Below are positions 12,601 to 25,496 of a stretch of 64,000 nt of DNA, piece after piece; within the stretch, counting starts at the first letter, position 1, and each line of letters starts with the position of its first letter. The notes beneath the pieces are model-generated. The model was not told the DNA's origin. It saw only the letters and a list, made by a program, of their open reading frames with translations, and made no database searches. The stretch is from contig CP154954.1 of the NCBI GenBank assembly GCA_039621445.1, positions 10,621,521 through 10,685,520 of the forward strand. Direction: 5' to 3'. The stretch comes from Euglena gracilis. Lineage: Eukaryota. Both the position numbers and the translations under genes were made by a program.

Positions 12601-15600
12601 GATTCCCCCTGAACAAGGGTTGAACTGGGTAGGAAACCCCCGGAACTGCAAATAGTCCCCAATGTTAAAATTTTCTGCAAAGGTTGTTTGTTTGAAACTG
12701 GAAAGCCCATTTTCGACCCATTTCTGTCCACAAGGCACTGGAAGCAGCAGACAGGAATATTAATTTGTCCACGGGGGTGGAGGGAACAGGGCTAAAACCA
12801 CACACACCACACGCACACACACACACACACACACACAATCCATAAATCATAACCAGGGAGAAAAGGGTGAACGTGGGGACCAGGCGCAATATGGAACAAA
12901 AAAAAATTAACAATCTGTATAAAAAAAATCTTCAAAATAAAACACATTATCGGAGCCATCCCCTAGTTGCATCAGAGTTTGCAGACCTGAGGCAGGGCAG
13001 TTAAGGGACCTGAGGCAGGGCATACCACAGCTTGTGGGGTCTCCACTTGCAAAATGCGGACGAAGGGGGACGGGATCCGAAACTTGTGCGAGCCCAGCGC
13101 AACGACGGAGTCATAATGATTGAGATCAGTGGCAAATATGCTTACATTGAGGTGGACGACGTTATTGAAAAGCGGTGTTATCATCTTGGCATATGCACGA
13201 GCAGTTGGGTTCACAAGATTCACGGGAAGCGCTGCAAAAAAAAGCAGCTGATTGTGAGGACATCTTTACCGATGCAAAAATATGTCATCAAAGACAAAAT
13301 ATTTTGCAGTGGACAGCTTGAGGTACATCACATTTTTTTTAAATATAAATAGTTTTTAGTTTAAAAGAAAACGTATCTTTGCACTGTTGTCCTTTCAGGA
13401 TTTTTGGTTTCCTGTTCAAAGAATTTTCCTGGCTACTGTTCAAGTTAGTAATTATTATATATTTTTTCATGGAATTATGGAGTACCCCTAAATCCAGCTA
13501 CCGGAAATATCTGTCCTCCCAACTGGGGGGGGGGGGTTGACATAGGGTTCTGACCAAAAAGGTGTCCTCCAAACGAGGGTCGGTTGTTCGACAAGGTCCA
13601 AAAAAAAAAAGTCCGCAGACTGGGGGTACGCAGGACCACCCCCAAAAGGTCAATTTTTTCAGCATTTGCCAAACCTTTTGGCGTCTTTGATTTTTCTCCC
13701 AAAAAAATACTAAAACTTCATTTTTGGCCAATTTTGGGGGGCAGAATTTTTCAGCTCGGCGCTTTGCTCCATGCCAAAAAAATCCGGCCAAAACATCCGA
13801 AAATCCGTTTCTGTCCGGGGTGGTCGTTAGAAGAAGTGCGTCGTTGGACGTAGGGGGGGGATACCTTGATAACAAAAATTTATAATGCATGGCACACCAG
13901 TCCGAACTTTGCTGTGATTCACGAGTTCTCTCTCGCACATGCCAACCGTGAACAAGTGAACTTGGAAGCTCTCAGCGGCGATTTCCTCGCGCGCCAGCGG
14001 AGTTGCCACCGGCTTTGCCCGACGTACGCAATCAGCAGGGCGTTGCCCGCCGGGGGTCCCACGGAGGGGGACGGGTCCATGTGGAACGAGCTGTTGTGCA
14101 TGAACGGGGCCAGCCCCACTGCCAAACCCGCACCAATGACCCCGACACATCAGCCTGGTGGACCCCGAGGGCCAAACCCTGGAGGGGGCGTATCGAGAAT
14201 TAGACCTCAAGACGGGACGTCCGGGGCAAGTCTGGGGGTCCCGCCAAGTTCACTCTACACAGAAATTCGGGGGGGAAAGGTTCTGTACAAAAATTGTATC
14301 GCAGACCGTGGTCGATGTGATGCGAGAGGAGGGGATGGTCGTGGCATTCCCTCCCTGGGGCTGCCATGACTCCGCGCAGTTCAGGGGGGCGGGGGCAACC
14401 GTGCAGAGATGCACAGAGTAGAGAGTGAACCAAAACCTCTGATGTGCCAGGCTCGGATTGTGAGGCCCTTCATAGAAAAGTTTAAATTCCCAACGGGACA
14501 TCTCTAGCACCGTTTTTCTTTTGAGCTTCCTGCACTTTTCCATGCTAGGTGTTTTGCTGAGCGGTGGGCTCGTACACGAATGGCATGAAGAATGTCTGCC
14601 GGAAACAGGATCAGCAGTGAGCAGGGTGTCGCCCTACAGCAAGCCCTTCAGGCAATCAATTATGAGAAACTTGGTCAGCAAGCTTTCACGTTGTGTCGCA
14701 TCGCTGTATCCACAGCTGTCACTCTCCACTGTAAATCACAGGCTTTCCCAAAAAAAATGGTCACCTGACCCCCCCCCCTCGGATTCATTGTCCACAAAGT
14801 TTGCCTTCTCAGGCAGTCCCTTCTTTCGAAAAGCGTGAGCAGAAGGTGGCTGGGGGGGGGGGGGGGTTAAGACAGAAATACCTGGGGCTGGGCAGACAAG
14901 CACGCCGCTGAAACTCATCGCAGAAGACGATGACCTCCGGCAGGCAGTTTTGGACGAAACCCGGGGAGAATTTTGACACTTGACACACCTGTGAGTGCAG
15001 GCCAAGCAATAACTTCCTCTGCCGACCCCCTCCCGGCAACGCATCGGACAAAACACATGAAACGCTGGAGCGAAACTCGACGTATCCAGATTCTTTACAC
15101 GCACATTCTCTACACTCTACACATTCTCTACACATATTCCGCCGGCGTCATCCATCCATCATCCGAGGTAATCCATCCAGACCGTTCAATAATTCCATCC
15201 CACCATAAAACATCAAAATATGGTTTTTCTTGACACTGAAATTTTTCGGCCCTGAACCGGCCATTGGCTGGCCCTGGCTATAGGGCAGTCCGCAAACAAG
15301 ACCCCTGAACTGACCACAAAGCTGCCTGGGCTCCGGCAGGCCGCCCCACGCAACCTGCCCCGTCCCGAATTCCTTCACCTGGGGGCGGAGCCAGGGGGAG
15401 GGGGAACTCTGGGTCTGTGGAAAATGCCCTGCCGAGGGAGAGCATACGAGGTTATTCCGTTGGTGGGATGAACTCAGCCTGTCTCAGCAAACGTTTGCCA
15501 GCATCCTAAAGCAGTATGTACACACGAACCATGTTTTTTAAAAAATGTCTGTCAATAATAAAGTTTGTTAAGTTGTAAAGTTTGAGCATGCAAACACGTG

Positions 15601-17385
15601 TAAAAAGATAGCACACATCCAAAAATCTCTTGAAGAACAACATGCAAAAAGAGATGCAGTATGTGAATCATCCATGCCACGAACACCCGTACATCAAACA
15701 TCCTCGGATGGGAATCCACAGTCTTTTGGGTTCCACAGGTTGTTATCACCGACCCCGGGTGCAGGTACTCATTGAAGCTGCCGAAATCCATGATGACTTC
15801 CGCTTCGAAGAGGTGTCGGTACGATTCTTGGGTCCGCATCCGGTGGAATATCCGTCAAGGCAGTGCCTCCCGGTGGGAAGGGTGTTGTGGCGGTGATGAT
15901 AACAAGGATGGATCACAAAAAGCCTTTCATCAAGCCAGACCAAGGGATTGAAAAGGCCAAAGAAATGGAAAAAAACCTCGTACCGAGGCAAACCAGATAT
16001 AAAAAGTTAAAGAGGTGTAATATGTTGCTTTAGTATAATAAAAAAAACCATGACCGAAAAAAAATTCAATAATATTTTGAAAAAAATGCAAATGCAAATG
16101 CAAATGCAAATGCAAATGCAAATGCAAACCTTCAAAAAATCTGACAATGCAAATTTGTTCGCTGGAAAATCCTCACAAACGAGAAAAACATTGCTGAAAA
16201 CATCCATTATCGCAAATATCTCCCAGAACTGTTCCCACAAGGGAGGTTCACCCTTTCCCATGCACTAAAGGAAACAGACGTCTTCAAAACCTCATTCCTG
16301 TGTGCTTTTCTGGGCTCCGCACTTCAGCCCCGCATGTCCAACGAAGCAACCAGGCGGGGGGTGGGGGCGGGGCAGGCAGCGGTCGCTTCACCTCCAGGGG
16401 GCTGATGGCAACATTGGCCTGGATCATAGGTCCACTTAAACACCCGCCCAAATATAAAAGCCCCCCGGGCTTTATATTTGGGCAGGATTTCAAAACCCTC
16501 GGGGGGGGGGGGCTTTATATTTAAGGGGAGAAATCAAACCTGTCTGGGTAGCCTTCAGATGCAGTCAAATATCAAATTATACCCCAAAATTTGGTTGTGC
16601 ACTTTCTGATTTACCCCAAAAATGTGCAATGTTTGTCTGAAAAATGGAGAAATTCTACTGGAAAACTGTTATATACCCAAAAAAATTTCCTGCTTTTTCC
16701 TGAATGGGCTTTTCATCAAGGGAGCTTTATATTTGGGTGGCAAAAACAAACCGACAGGCGGGAATAGAGGGGGCAGGGGGATGGGATATAAATGGGGGGG
16801 GGGGGGGGGGGGGGTTCCAAACCGGCGAGAGTGGGGTGCCAGGGGCAGGCATTTTCCCCCTGGCCCAAACCCACCCACCCTCTCTCGAAAGGGGGGGAGG
16901 AAAGTGAATCTCTGGGCTGGATCTCCAGCTGGTGGCTGAGGGCGCCGTAGAGGCAGTTGCCGTCCCCAGGGATGGGGTAGCGCATCAGCCCGATCATCTG
17001 CAGCTGCAGGCCGGGCCGGGTCCGCACGCCCTCCCCCCAATGCCGAAATCTGCCAACCTGTACCTCCTGTGTGGTGTCCCGTGCTGTCCTGTCTTGGTGG
17101 TGATCTGGTGACGGGGGAACCAACAAAAGGGTCGTGCCGGTCCTCGAGTGTGGGAGAGGCTACATTGGTGTCCAAAAACAAATCACAGGGGGGAATACGT
17201 GCGGGCACCAAGGCAAGTAAACAATGCATGAATGCGTGCGTATGCACCATGATTATGAGCACACACCCACACCCAACACTCAGGCAAACAGACACCCACC
17301 CACCCAACACACACACACACACACACACCCAACACACACACACACACACCCACCCAACACACACACACACACACCCACCCAACAC

Positions 17386-17420
<35 letters not shown>

Positions 17421-19350
17421 CACAAACACACAAACGCATGCACCATTCATACAAACTCACACAGAAGAAAGATAGAGAAATAGAGCATGTGACTGCATCT
17501 GTGACTTGGGGCCAGGCTGAATTTTAAGGCGGTGCCGACCCCGCCCCGCCCCGGGGGGGGGGCCTGCCTGGGCAGGTACCAGGTACTCCGCGCACCCAGA
17601 TCCCCCTCAGGGGGGGGGGGGGGCAGAACACATGGGCAAAAGTGCCTGGGCACTTGGCCAAGGCACTTCCGGCGAAGGCGTCGAAGCCCAGAAAAGGCCA
17701 TTTTCGTGCATTTTTTGGCCATGTGCAGGCAGGCACCCCCCCCCAGGGGTTGCCTGCCTGCCCAGGCACTCCGAGGCTCTCCGAGACCCCTTCCTCCCTC
17801 CGGGGTTGGTCAATTTCAACCAGCTCAGGGTGAAAATCGTTTCAAGCTGGTTTCCATTTGTTCCTGGGGGGAAAAAAATTGCAGATTCCCAAGCGGGTTT
17901 CTTCACACTTAGCTCACAAAAGTGAACTTTGCCTTGCACAATCGCGCAATCCAAGACTCATTCCGGGATTTTAGCCTTTTTGGGGTCGTTTTGGGGTCCC
18001 TTTTTTTTGGGTGAAATCACGTGCCTCAAAACCAGACATCGAGTGCGAAGGGAATTCGAAGGTTCCAATTCAAATCGTGAGAACAGCGTTGCACAGTTCT
18101 GAAAGCACAGCCTGTCACTCCATGTACTTTGTGATCTCACACATTCCACCATCTGGGAGCTGATCGACATGTTCACACCTCCGAGGGTATCCACCTGGTG
18201 ATGGCTGCTGCCAGAATGCCTGCTTTTTGGGGCCGAAATGATGAGTTTGGGGGTGTCCGTAATTCTAACGCCCTTTCGTCGCCTATTGGAAGGCTCTAAT
18301 TTGCAGAGCAAATCAAGCGCATACAACCCCGGCCAGAAAAGCAACCGAATTAAGGGCTCCGCGAACACCCAAAATTCCTCTGGGGGTGGGTCCTAACCCA
18401 CCGAATTAATGCACAGAGTCAGGTGGCACTTTTCCACATGCCCAAACTTACTTTTTGACCCCCCCCCCAGAGGTCCACCCACCCACCCAGTCAGACGGGC
18501 CCTGGGGTCTAGCCACCCACACACCTCCCACCAACTCTCAAAACCCATGCACCCCCACTGGCAGCTGCGGTCACAACAGGATGAAGTGAAATGAATCCAC
18601 GACAGAGAGAGATAGAGAGGGGAGGGGTCGAGGCTGCTGTGGTTGTGGTTGCGCAAGTGAGTGTTTAATTTGCTCAATTGCGCAAGCAATTGAAATTTGC
18701 ACCCTTTTGCGCAGTTGCGCATGGGACTCTTTAACTTTTGCCTGCGCAATTGCAAGTGGTGCAGTTGGCTCACTGGTACCTTCCATTGACTTGTCTTTTT
18801 GCTTATCAGAAATGGATGCACGATAGGGTGTCGTCTGCCATGTTCCCATGAAATGTATTTTCAACCCTGTTACATACCATTCCATCAGCCGTTGGACAGG
18901 TGTGATTTCGATGGTATACAGTCTGATGAAAAAGGAGTCTTTGCAACCCCTTCGTTGGACGCCTCATTTACATGCCTTAAAATGCATCTGAAAATAGCAC
19001 TCGTTCCAGTGTGTGAAATCAGACCCCAACTACGTCCCATTAATGGCCGAGGATTCAAGCCTTTTTGGGTTGGTGAAAAATACCTCCGAAGGCATATGGG
19101 AACACCAAACATATACACGCGCACATGCGCACAGTCGAACACAAACCGATTCCCCAACCAATCAGCCAGTCAACGAGGCAAGCAGAGCCTGGCAAATCGG
19201 CTCATGCAGTCAGGGACACCCCCCGGGCCGCTTGTCCAGCCGGATCGCCTCCCCGCGGCGGGAGGTGTGGTGGTCCGTGGGGGCGAGGGTCTGCTTGAAG
19301 GCCCGCGTCACGGACGCCTCCGGCTTGGGGGCTCGGCCGGAGCGATCCAT
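3547..19350 (-). CDS. OTU-domain cysteine protease (deubiquitinase), 14 exons, ~354 aa from Met at 19350 (may extend further 5')
   Basis: Spliced product: MDRSGR...EAIRLQMIGLMRYPIPGDGNCLYGALSHQLEIQANVAISPLEVKRRIFHRMRTQESYRHLFEAEVIMDFGSFNEYLRPQVKEFGTGQVAWGGLPEVIVFCDEFQRRACLFMH...LLIAYVGQNHYDSVV...PPAGR*. The Cys loop, WG and His loop of the OTU family are in order, and all junction phases are consistent. Confidence 0.9.
3813..5421 (+). mobile_element. TIR-bounded element with a left terminal hairpin and a tyrosine-recombinase-like ORF remnant
   Basis: Inverted ends 3913-3977 / 5360-5421, ~43-bp AACACGTGTAC subterminal repeats, 48-bp perfect hairpin, ORF 4319-4957. Second copy at 50593-54509. 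Confidence 0.75.
4319..4957 (+). pseudogene. Truncated Crypton-like tyrosine recombinase (core-binding region plus start of catalytic domain)
   Basis: SFRTYLNALVFLYK and VSCADTYHFVCADL resemble YR motifs. Internally deleted relative to copy 2. Family call is by eye only. Confidence 0.5.
6419..6547 (-). CDS. OTU gene exon 13 (STTPSSAGARLKGAWRRATSPF...SQ)
   Basis: High GC3; both flanking introns have paired CAG/CTG ends. Confidence 0.85.
7078..8648. mobile_element. Non-autonomous element with subterminal inverted repeat (GCTGAGCTCT/AGAGCTCAGC), Helentron/HINE-like
   Basis: Homologous, in opposite orientation, to the tandem units at 56877-60451. A fragment lies at ~12210-12540. Confidence 0.7.
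9149..9189 (-). CDS. OTU gene exon 12 (HRPASEPPSEPPA)
   Basis: GGCTG TGCCC| acceptor; |GTC CAG GCAAGGACAG donor pairs with 6553-6565. Confidence 0.75.
10116..10169 (-). CDS. OTU gene exon 11 (SFQEVVAKYESIVARIVA)
   Basis: AAACGGCTG CCCGC| pairs with upstream donor ACA CAGCCATTT. Confidence 0.8.
10551..10622 (-). CDS. OTU gene exon 10 (YSIEVGIKSGVTTPGAKFYLLDVS)
   Basis: Coding-like codons; clear nonconventional donor; 5' boundary approximate. Confidence 0.75.
11241..11431. mobile_element. MITE (CCCCCTTGTCCTTGA...TCAAGGACAAGGGGG)
   Basis: Inverted ends; relatives at ~36490-36590 and ~40996-41130. Confidence 0.7.
11533..11631 (-). CDS. OTU gene exon 9 (LKQNLRVELYDDACLYSILDDLLQQHGNDPAWR)
   Basis: Polypyrimidine plus CAG acceptor. 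3' end is 11533 (GTC CAG donor) or 11527 (GC donor). Confidence 0.85.
13026..13121 (-). CDS. OTU gene exon 8 (NHYDSVV...QAV; catalytic His)
   Basis: TTGCCACTG ATCTC| pairs with AGC CGGTGGCAA; GTATG donor. Confidence 0.9.
14015..14105 (-). CDS. OTU gene exon 7 (FMHNSS...LLIAYVGQ)
   Basis: TGGGGCTG GCCCC| pairs with GCC CAGCCCCA. Confidence 0.9.
14894..14935 (-). CDS. OTU gene exon 6 (VIVFCDEFQRRAC)
   Basis: CTGCCTG CCGGA| pairs with GCC CAGGCAG. Confidence 0.88.
15332..15386 (-). CDS. OTU gene exon 5 (PQVKEFGTGQVAWGGLP)
   Basis: WGGxxE motif; CCCTG GCTCC| acceptor. Confidence 0.88.
15761..15855 (-). CDS. OTU gene exon 4 (RIFHRM...FNEYL)
   Basis: OTU helical region; phases consistent with neighbours. 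Confidence 0.88.
16384..16419 (-). CDS. OTU gene exon 3 (ANVAISPLEVK)
   Basis: Ends of the upstream intron pair over ~13 nt; the downstream junction can slide within GAC. Confidence 0.8.
16918..17001 (-). CDS. OTU gene exon 2 (QMIGLMRYPIPGDGNCLYGALSHQLEI; catalytic Cys)
   Basis: Classic GDGNCL motif. Confidence 0.93.
17275..17432. repeat. (CA)n-rich microsatellite
   Basis: Directly visible. Confidence 0.95.
17520..17805. mobile_element. Dispersed repeat with GCCTGCCTGGGCAGG motifs
   Basis: Inverted relative at ~43520-43800. Confidence 0.6.
19238..19350 (-). CDS. OTU gene exon 1 (MDRSGRAPKPEASVTRAFKQTLAP...EAIR)
   Basis: Pyrimidine tract plus CAG acceptor at 19369-19368, 17 nt before the ATG. 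Confidence 0.8.
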
Positions 19351-20994
19351 ATGAGGAGGAGGAGAGCCTGTGGGGAGGAGGGGGTGCACTCCCACCAGGA
19401 GCCCGCTTTTTGCATTTTTGGCCAAAAAAAATCTCGAATTTCAAAATATCACAAAAAAATGAAGTGAAACTGAATTAAATTGATTTAATTTTTTTCTATT
19501 TTATTTCATTTCATCAAATTATTAAAATCAAAACAAATTAAAATCAAAATCAATTGCCTGCACTGGACAATTAAAAGAGTCCAGCGCAGACAATTTACGC
19601 CCTGAAACACCCCCCCCCCCAAAGAGGACCTCCTGCCCACTCAAAAACGCCGATGGGATGAATTCAAGCCCCCTTGGGGTTGGGTCGGCAACGCCTTAAA
19701 CCTCAACCAGACTCCCACCATCAAGGATTAGGGCCCCCGAAAAACACCTCCTGCTCGCTCCCAGAATCAATCCAACTTCAGGGATGGAAATCATCAAAAT
19801 GCAGGCTTTTGGGGTGGAGGATACTGAAGGACTACATTTTAACCATCAATCCGAGAAATGTTGCTTTCTTGTGCTGCCCAAGAAATGTCACCGGTTGTCA
19901 CCAGTCACCCAGAAACAGGAAAACAAAAATGGGACAGACAAATAAATTGTTCTCAAAAATGGAGTATAATACCAGGGTCTCAGAAAAGGGCATGCCAATG
20001 GTGACGGCCAAAAATGTCACATTTGCCAACATTCCAATATTTACAACTCTTGAAATATTTATTTCCAGTCTGATTGGAAATTGATCAAATTACTTTTCAC
20101 TTCCGATGGGGTCGACCCTCCTCAGCTCCTCGGGATCAGGAAAAGGCACCTGGTATCACGATCTGAATACAAGGCTGCATGAGGTTTCCTGTTCAGCCCC
20201 AACAATATGAATTGCAGGAGGAAGCTTGTCGCCAGACATTTGCTTTGATTCCCAGTCATTGTGTGCCCATTTCAAACAAATTGAAACCTCCCCCCCCCAC
20301 CTCATACCAATAATTTGAACAAAAGAAAAGCAAAATTTCATTTCTTCAATACAAATCGAAGTCCAATTCAAAGCAACTTTCATTTGAAAAAATTTTCTTT
20401 GAGAAAAGGGGTGAGATGGTGAGTAGATATATGTCAAAGGGGGGTGACTGTACAGCTGGTTTGGGAGGCCAGAGATGACGTTGAGTCTTGTCACTAATAA
20501 GTACAAGTGCGGCATGTCACACGAAAGCAGGCCACCTTGGAGGTCAGCATCACACATCAAGAGTGCCTTTTGAACAAGCAAAAAACGCATTCCTCAGGAA
20601 AACAGCAATTGGAAATAAGAAAACCTGGCAGTTGGTGGGGCAAAATAAAAAAACTCGACAAAAGAGCAGGTGGGGGGTCTTGATCTCTCAAGGAGTGGGG
20701 AGGAGGGGTGGACAAAATGAGCCATTTCTGCCTGGCACGCAGCAGCACTGAGCCGATAATAATCAAAATCAATCAAAAATGTTATGTTAGGCACTTTTTG
20801 GGCAAAATATGTTAAACTTGATGAAAAAAAATGTCCCAGGTCCTCCCCCAGAGTCGGTACACACCCCTGTTGACAGGTGGGAGGGGGAGGTGCGGTCAAG
20901 CCTCGGGGGAAGGGGTGCTCTCCACCTTTTAAAAAAAGCCACAACGACCTCCTTACACCAATCCCTGGTCCGATCCCACCCCTAGTGGGTGCCT

Positions 20995-21522
20995 CCCCCC
21001 TTGTCCAACGACCACCAATGTTCATCTCCGACCAGCGGGTGGGGGGGGGGTAATCAAAACCGCCAATGTTCGTCTCCAACCGGGGGGGGGGGGGGGGGGC
21101 CAAGGGGGTATATGGCCATTTTGGCTGTTTGTTGCCATTTTTGGCCATATTGGCTCTGCAGTGGCTGTTTCTGGCCATTTCGACCATTTTGGCCATATTT
21201 TTTTTACCAATTTTAGCAACTTTCCACCGTTTGTCACAATCTCGCACACTTACATCAATTTGAGGGATTTGGGTAACTTGTCGCCATTTTGGGAGCTACT
21301 GACCTTTCTTCTATTTTGGGGGCATTTTCAACCATTTTATGGTAGAATGATCTTCCCAACAAACTGCAACAACAAACTTTCTCTGAAACTTGCAATGAAA
21401 AAAAAACTAAATTGAATCACACAATTCTTTCAAATAATTTTATGTAAAAAAAATGAACCTATATCCTGTACAAAATGGTCGCATCTGACCGGGGGCAAGC
21501 CTGGTCGTTGGACAAGGGGGGG
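20995..21522. mobile_element. MITE (CCCCCCTTGTCCAACGACC...GGTCGTTGGACAAGGGGG)
   Basis: Inverted ends; short copy at ~23290-23395, variant at ~13545-13860. Confidence 0.7.
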
Positions 21523-24500
21523 TGGGAGGTTGGCCACACCCTGGGAGCTACATTTTATTCTGCAACACGACCACACGAAACAGAACAAAAGGGAAACCCT
21601 CGGTTACAACAAAACCAATCACCTGCCTCAGAAAAAAAAAAGATGGGAAGAGATGGCCGGGAGGTCAAACCCAGAATCGGAAGAATCAGAATAGCGTTCG
21701 CTGATGGAGGACCGGTCCGACGATACTGGGGCAGTTGTGATCTCTGGTACGGTTGGCGTCTCTTGCACTTGCATCTGCAGCTACAAAAACAACATATAGA
21801 GGAATCAAAAATGAACTTCATAAAAGGAAAATGATCCAAAGAAGATCAATTTTTAAAAAAAAAAATGTTTCTTGTGCGACAACGAAATGCGAAACAGGAA
21901 TTTCAGCTTTTTTTTGAGATTGACCCATTCAAAGAGCGATTATTTCGTTCCTTTTGCTTTAAAAGAGAGGAAACACCCTGCTAAAGCATGGTATTTGTTA
22001 CTGCGCTCATAAAAATTATATGCATATATACACACACATATGTGTATATACATTTTTAGTCTGTGGTTAGAATGCCGGAATCAAACCATCTCAATGAGAC
22101 CTGGTCTGACCTCATACCAGTGAGCATGGTGCTTGTGAGCTGGTTCTGGCAGATTTATCCCCCTTTTACTGACAAACTAGGCACCCCAAAAACAAAACAA
22201 TTGGGGAAGGTCCTTTTTTTCACCATCAGTTGAAGATTGGAGTCAAAAATTGAATGGAAAACAGGTGAATTTGGTTTCATTTTGGGGGAAATTGGGTGGT
22301 TCCCGTCATGTCTTTGTTTCGCATTATTTTTGTCCAGACTGTGATCACAGAACATATTTGACAATTTTTGTCAAATATGTCAGTAACACAATAGAACAAT
22401 TACGTATACATCAACATAATGATGCATATAGGATTTTAACATGTGTATGTTGCATATATTGCAACAAAGCCCTTGTATTTCCAAAGTTCCTTTTGCATTG
22501 AAAAAGTGAAATAGAAAACAAAAATCATCAAGTGCCCCTTGCCACTCATTTCTTCCATCATTTTCCCCCACCTTTTCCACCCATGCCCTTTTGGAGGAGC
22601 CACGTTCAAGGGCAGTCAAATTTCACACACAAAAAGATGGGGGTATGGTATATGGTCAAATTTGGGGTCTGTTCGAAGAAAATCACAAAAAAAACACCCC
22701 AGAAGACACCATTGTTGGAGCTTGTTCACACCCAGAAGACCACCAGTTTGAAATTTTGAACTCCCTTTTACCAAAAAAAAAAAATCATCACCAGTGGAAA
22801 AACTACCGCTGTTTTCCATGACAAATTTATTTTTGCCATCATTAATTTCCCCAAATTAAAAAATTACCATCATTTTTTCATCATTTTTGTTTCTTGTCAT
22901 TTATGTCCGGACTGTAAACATGAAACTGCGTGGACTAAACACAAAAAGAGATAGGTGGTAAAAAAAACTATAAGGAGGAAAATTGGTTGGCAGGGAGGTA
23001 GGAAAATGCACATAAAGACATAAATTTAATGCAAATCTGACATTCACTTGAAAAACACTGTTTGGTTACTCTGCACCATTTCCACCTGCTTGTGCATCAT
23101 GTGTGCTCCACTTTGCTTTTCGCATGATTGTGGTTTTGTGGCTCTCACAAATCGCAATTAAAAATGTCTTTTGAAGAAACGCTTGCATCCCTTTTGCCCC
23201 TTAAAACACCTGTAACCAAAAAAATGCAAAGAAAATCCCTGGAAGATTGGTGCACTCCGTCCCCACTTGCTTTCGCGGGGCACCGTTCTCCCCCCTCCCT
23301 TGTCCAACGACCACCGATGTTCGTCTCCAACCGGGCGGTCGCTCAAATAGCCAATGTTCATCTCCGACCGGGGGGGGGTCGTTAGACAAGGGGGTGCGGA
23401 CCCCAGATCGACAGAAAATTGACAATACATGGGAGGAATGAACATTTTTAGCTGTTTTTTGCTATTTTTGGCCACTTTTGACCATTTTTTGGCCATTTTA
23501 GAACACTTTTGGCCACTTCTAAATGTCTTTGGCCACCTTTGGCCATTTTTGGCCACTTTTTTTTATCATTTTTGGCCACCTGAGGGTTGCCATGTAAAGT
23601 CCCACTCATTGCCATGCGAGGTATGCGAGGTTTGAACACAGCTGTATGAGACACATGCAAGAAACTACCTTCAGAAAAAATGACCACCCGAAAAACTGTG
23701 GAACGATGCCACGTTAAAGAAAGTGGAGCGGAGTGTAAACTGCCCCTACAATTTAAGTGCTCAGCGTCTGAAGGGTACAACACCCTGAGCAGGGGTTTTC
23801 TTAAGGACCCCCCCCCTTGGGGGTGGTCCAGCCTTCGGCTGGCAAAAAGGCAGCTGGCTGGAAACGAGCTGCTGGATGGAACCCCAGGGAGATAGGGGGG
23901 TCCGGGGCTGGAGGGGGCTGCTGGGCTTGGTCGATGAAAAGCAAAAAAATTTAACGCATTTTTGCCTTCTCGACATTTTGATGGATGGAGCTAGATCAAG
24001 GCTGGGGGGCTGTGATAGAGGAAGCTGTGATGAGAAAAAAAATGCAGGGATAGGTGAGCTGGGCAGCCCAGTTGGCTGGCCAGCCTGAGGCCGGCTGGCC
24101 CGGCCTCCGGCCGGGCTGGACCCAACTTTATGTCACTCAACCCCCCCGGGGGGGGGGGGGGCTCCCAGCCCGAATTTGGGCTGCTGGCTGGATTTGAGCT
24201 GCTGGCTGGCTGGACCCCCGGGGGTAGGGTCCCCTCCGGCTGACCCTGAAGCCCCTGACCCTGAGCCTCCAAAAATGAAATCCAAAAAAGTGAACACGCC
24301 TGAGGGTCCGAAACCACCCTCCAAAAATGTGACCACCCGTGTGTCTTAAATGGAAAGGGGAAGTTGGGAAGCCTTGAGGGGTCGGACCCCCCTCGAAACT
24401 GAGGGGGCCCGAAGAATTTTCGGTTTTGTGCAAAGGGCCGGAAATCGACCAAAATTGTTCAAAAATCATTGATTTTTCTTTGAAAATTAACCCAAAAATG

Positions 24501-25368
24501 CTGATTCTTTGAAATTCTTTGAACATTTTATCTGGAAAACACCAAGACATCAAAAGATGGGCAATATGCTCAAAGTTAAAGGAAAGGGGGCGTTTTTGGC
24601 TCATTTTCTGGCGCGCAGCGCCGGAGGAAAAAATTCTCTATTTTTGGAACCTGCTGAGGAGGGGATGGGGGTCCGGACCCCCCTTACAACATCTAGGGGA
24701 GGGGGGTCCAGGGCAGAAGAGAAGGCCTGGTGGAGGGGTCGACCCCCCACCCGGGAGGTGGGGGGGGTCGACCCACCCCCCACCCACCACAGAATTTCCA
24801 CCAACTTTGGGAAAATGGGGATTTTGGCTGGGGAAAATTTTTGAAATTATTTTGAAAAATGAATCTAAAATACATGATTTTTTGATGGAAAACCACAATT
24901 TTTTCACAAAAAAACTCCAGATTTTCAGGTTTGAAAATTGGTAGTTTTTAGGAGGGGGGCAAAAAAAACGAAGGTCAAAAAATTGGACCAAATTTTGGCA
25001 CAGTAATTTACTGACGTTTTTTCTCTTGGAAATTTTTTGCATTTCCAAGAGCATTTTTTGCTTCAAAAACCTCTCAAAATCAAAATTTTGAGAAAATGTT
25101 AAAAATTTGGAAGGTGTGGAAAAAATGGGGTTTTTAGGGTTTTTGGGGGGACCTCCTATATGGGTCCCAAAATGGGTCCAAAATACACCCAGCGCCGAAG
25201 GCACCAAAAAAAATGGGGTCCAAAAACTGGTGCTCCCGGAAATACAGGAAGTGGTGGGGGGGTCGACCCCCCCCACCACCCACCACTCTGGCTGTTTGGC
25301 CGATTCCTGTTCTGCCCTGGAATGGTCTGGACCCCCCTGCCATCTATCGCTGGGGTCGGCGGGCACAC

Positions 25369-25455
25369 CCGCTGCTTCGCGAGGTAGCGGCGGTACTTCG
25401 CGGGGGGCATCCACTCGTGCGCCGCGAACACGTCGCCCGCCTGGAGCTGGGCCAT
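25369..25455 (-). CDS. First coding exon MAQLQAGDVFAAHEWMPPAKYRRYLAKQR (either true 5' exon of the OTU gene or a separate gene)
   Basis: GCCGCCATGG context, very high GC3, CAG acceptor at 25490-25489, GTGTGC donor. Downstream exons between 19400 and 25300 could not be chained reliably. Confidence 0.7.
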
Positions 25456-25496
25456 GGCGGCCCGCGCCGTGGTGGAGGAGTGCGAGAACTGCCGGA

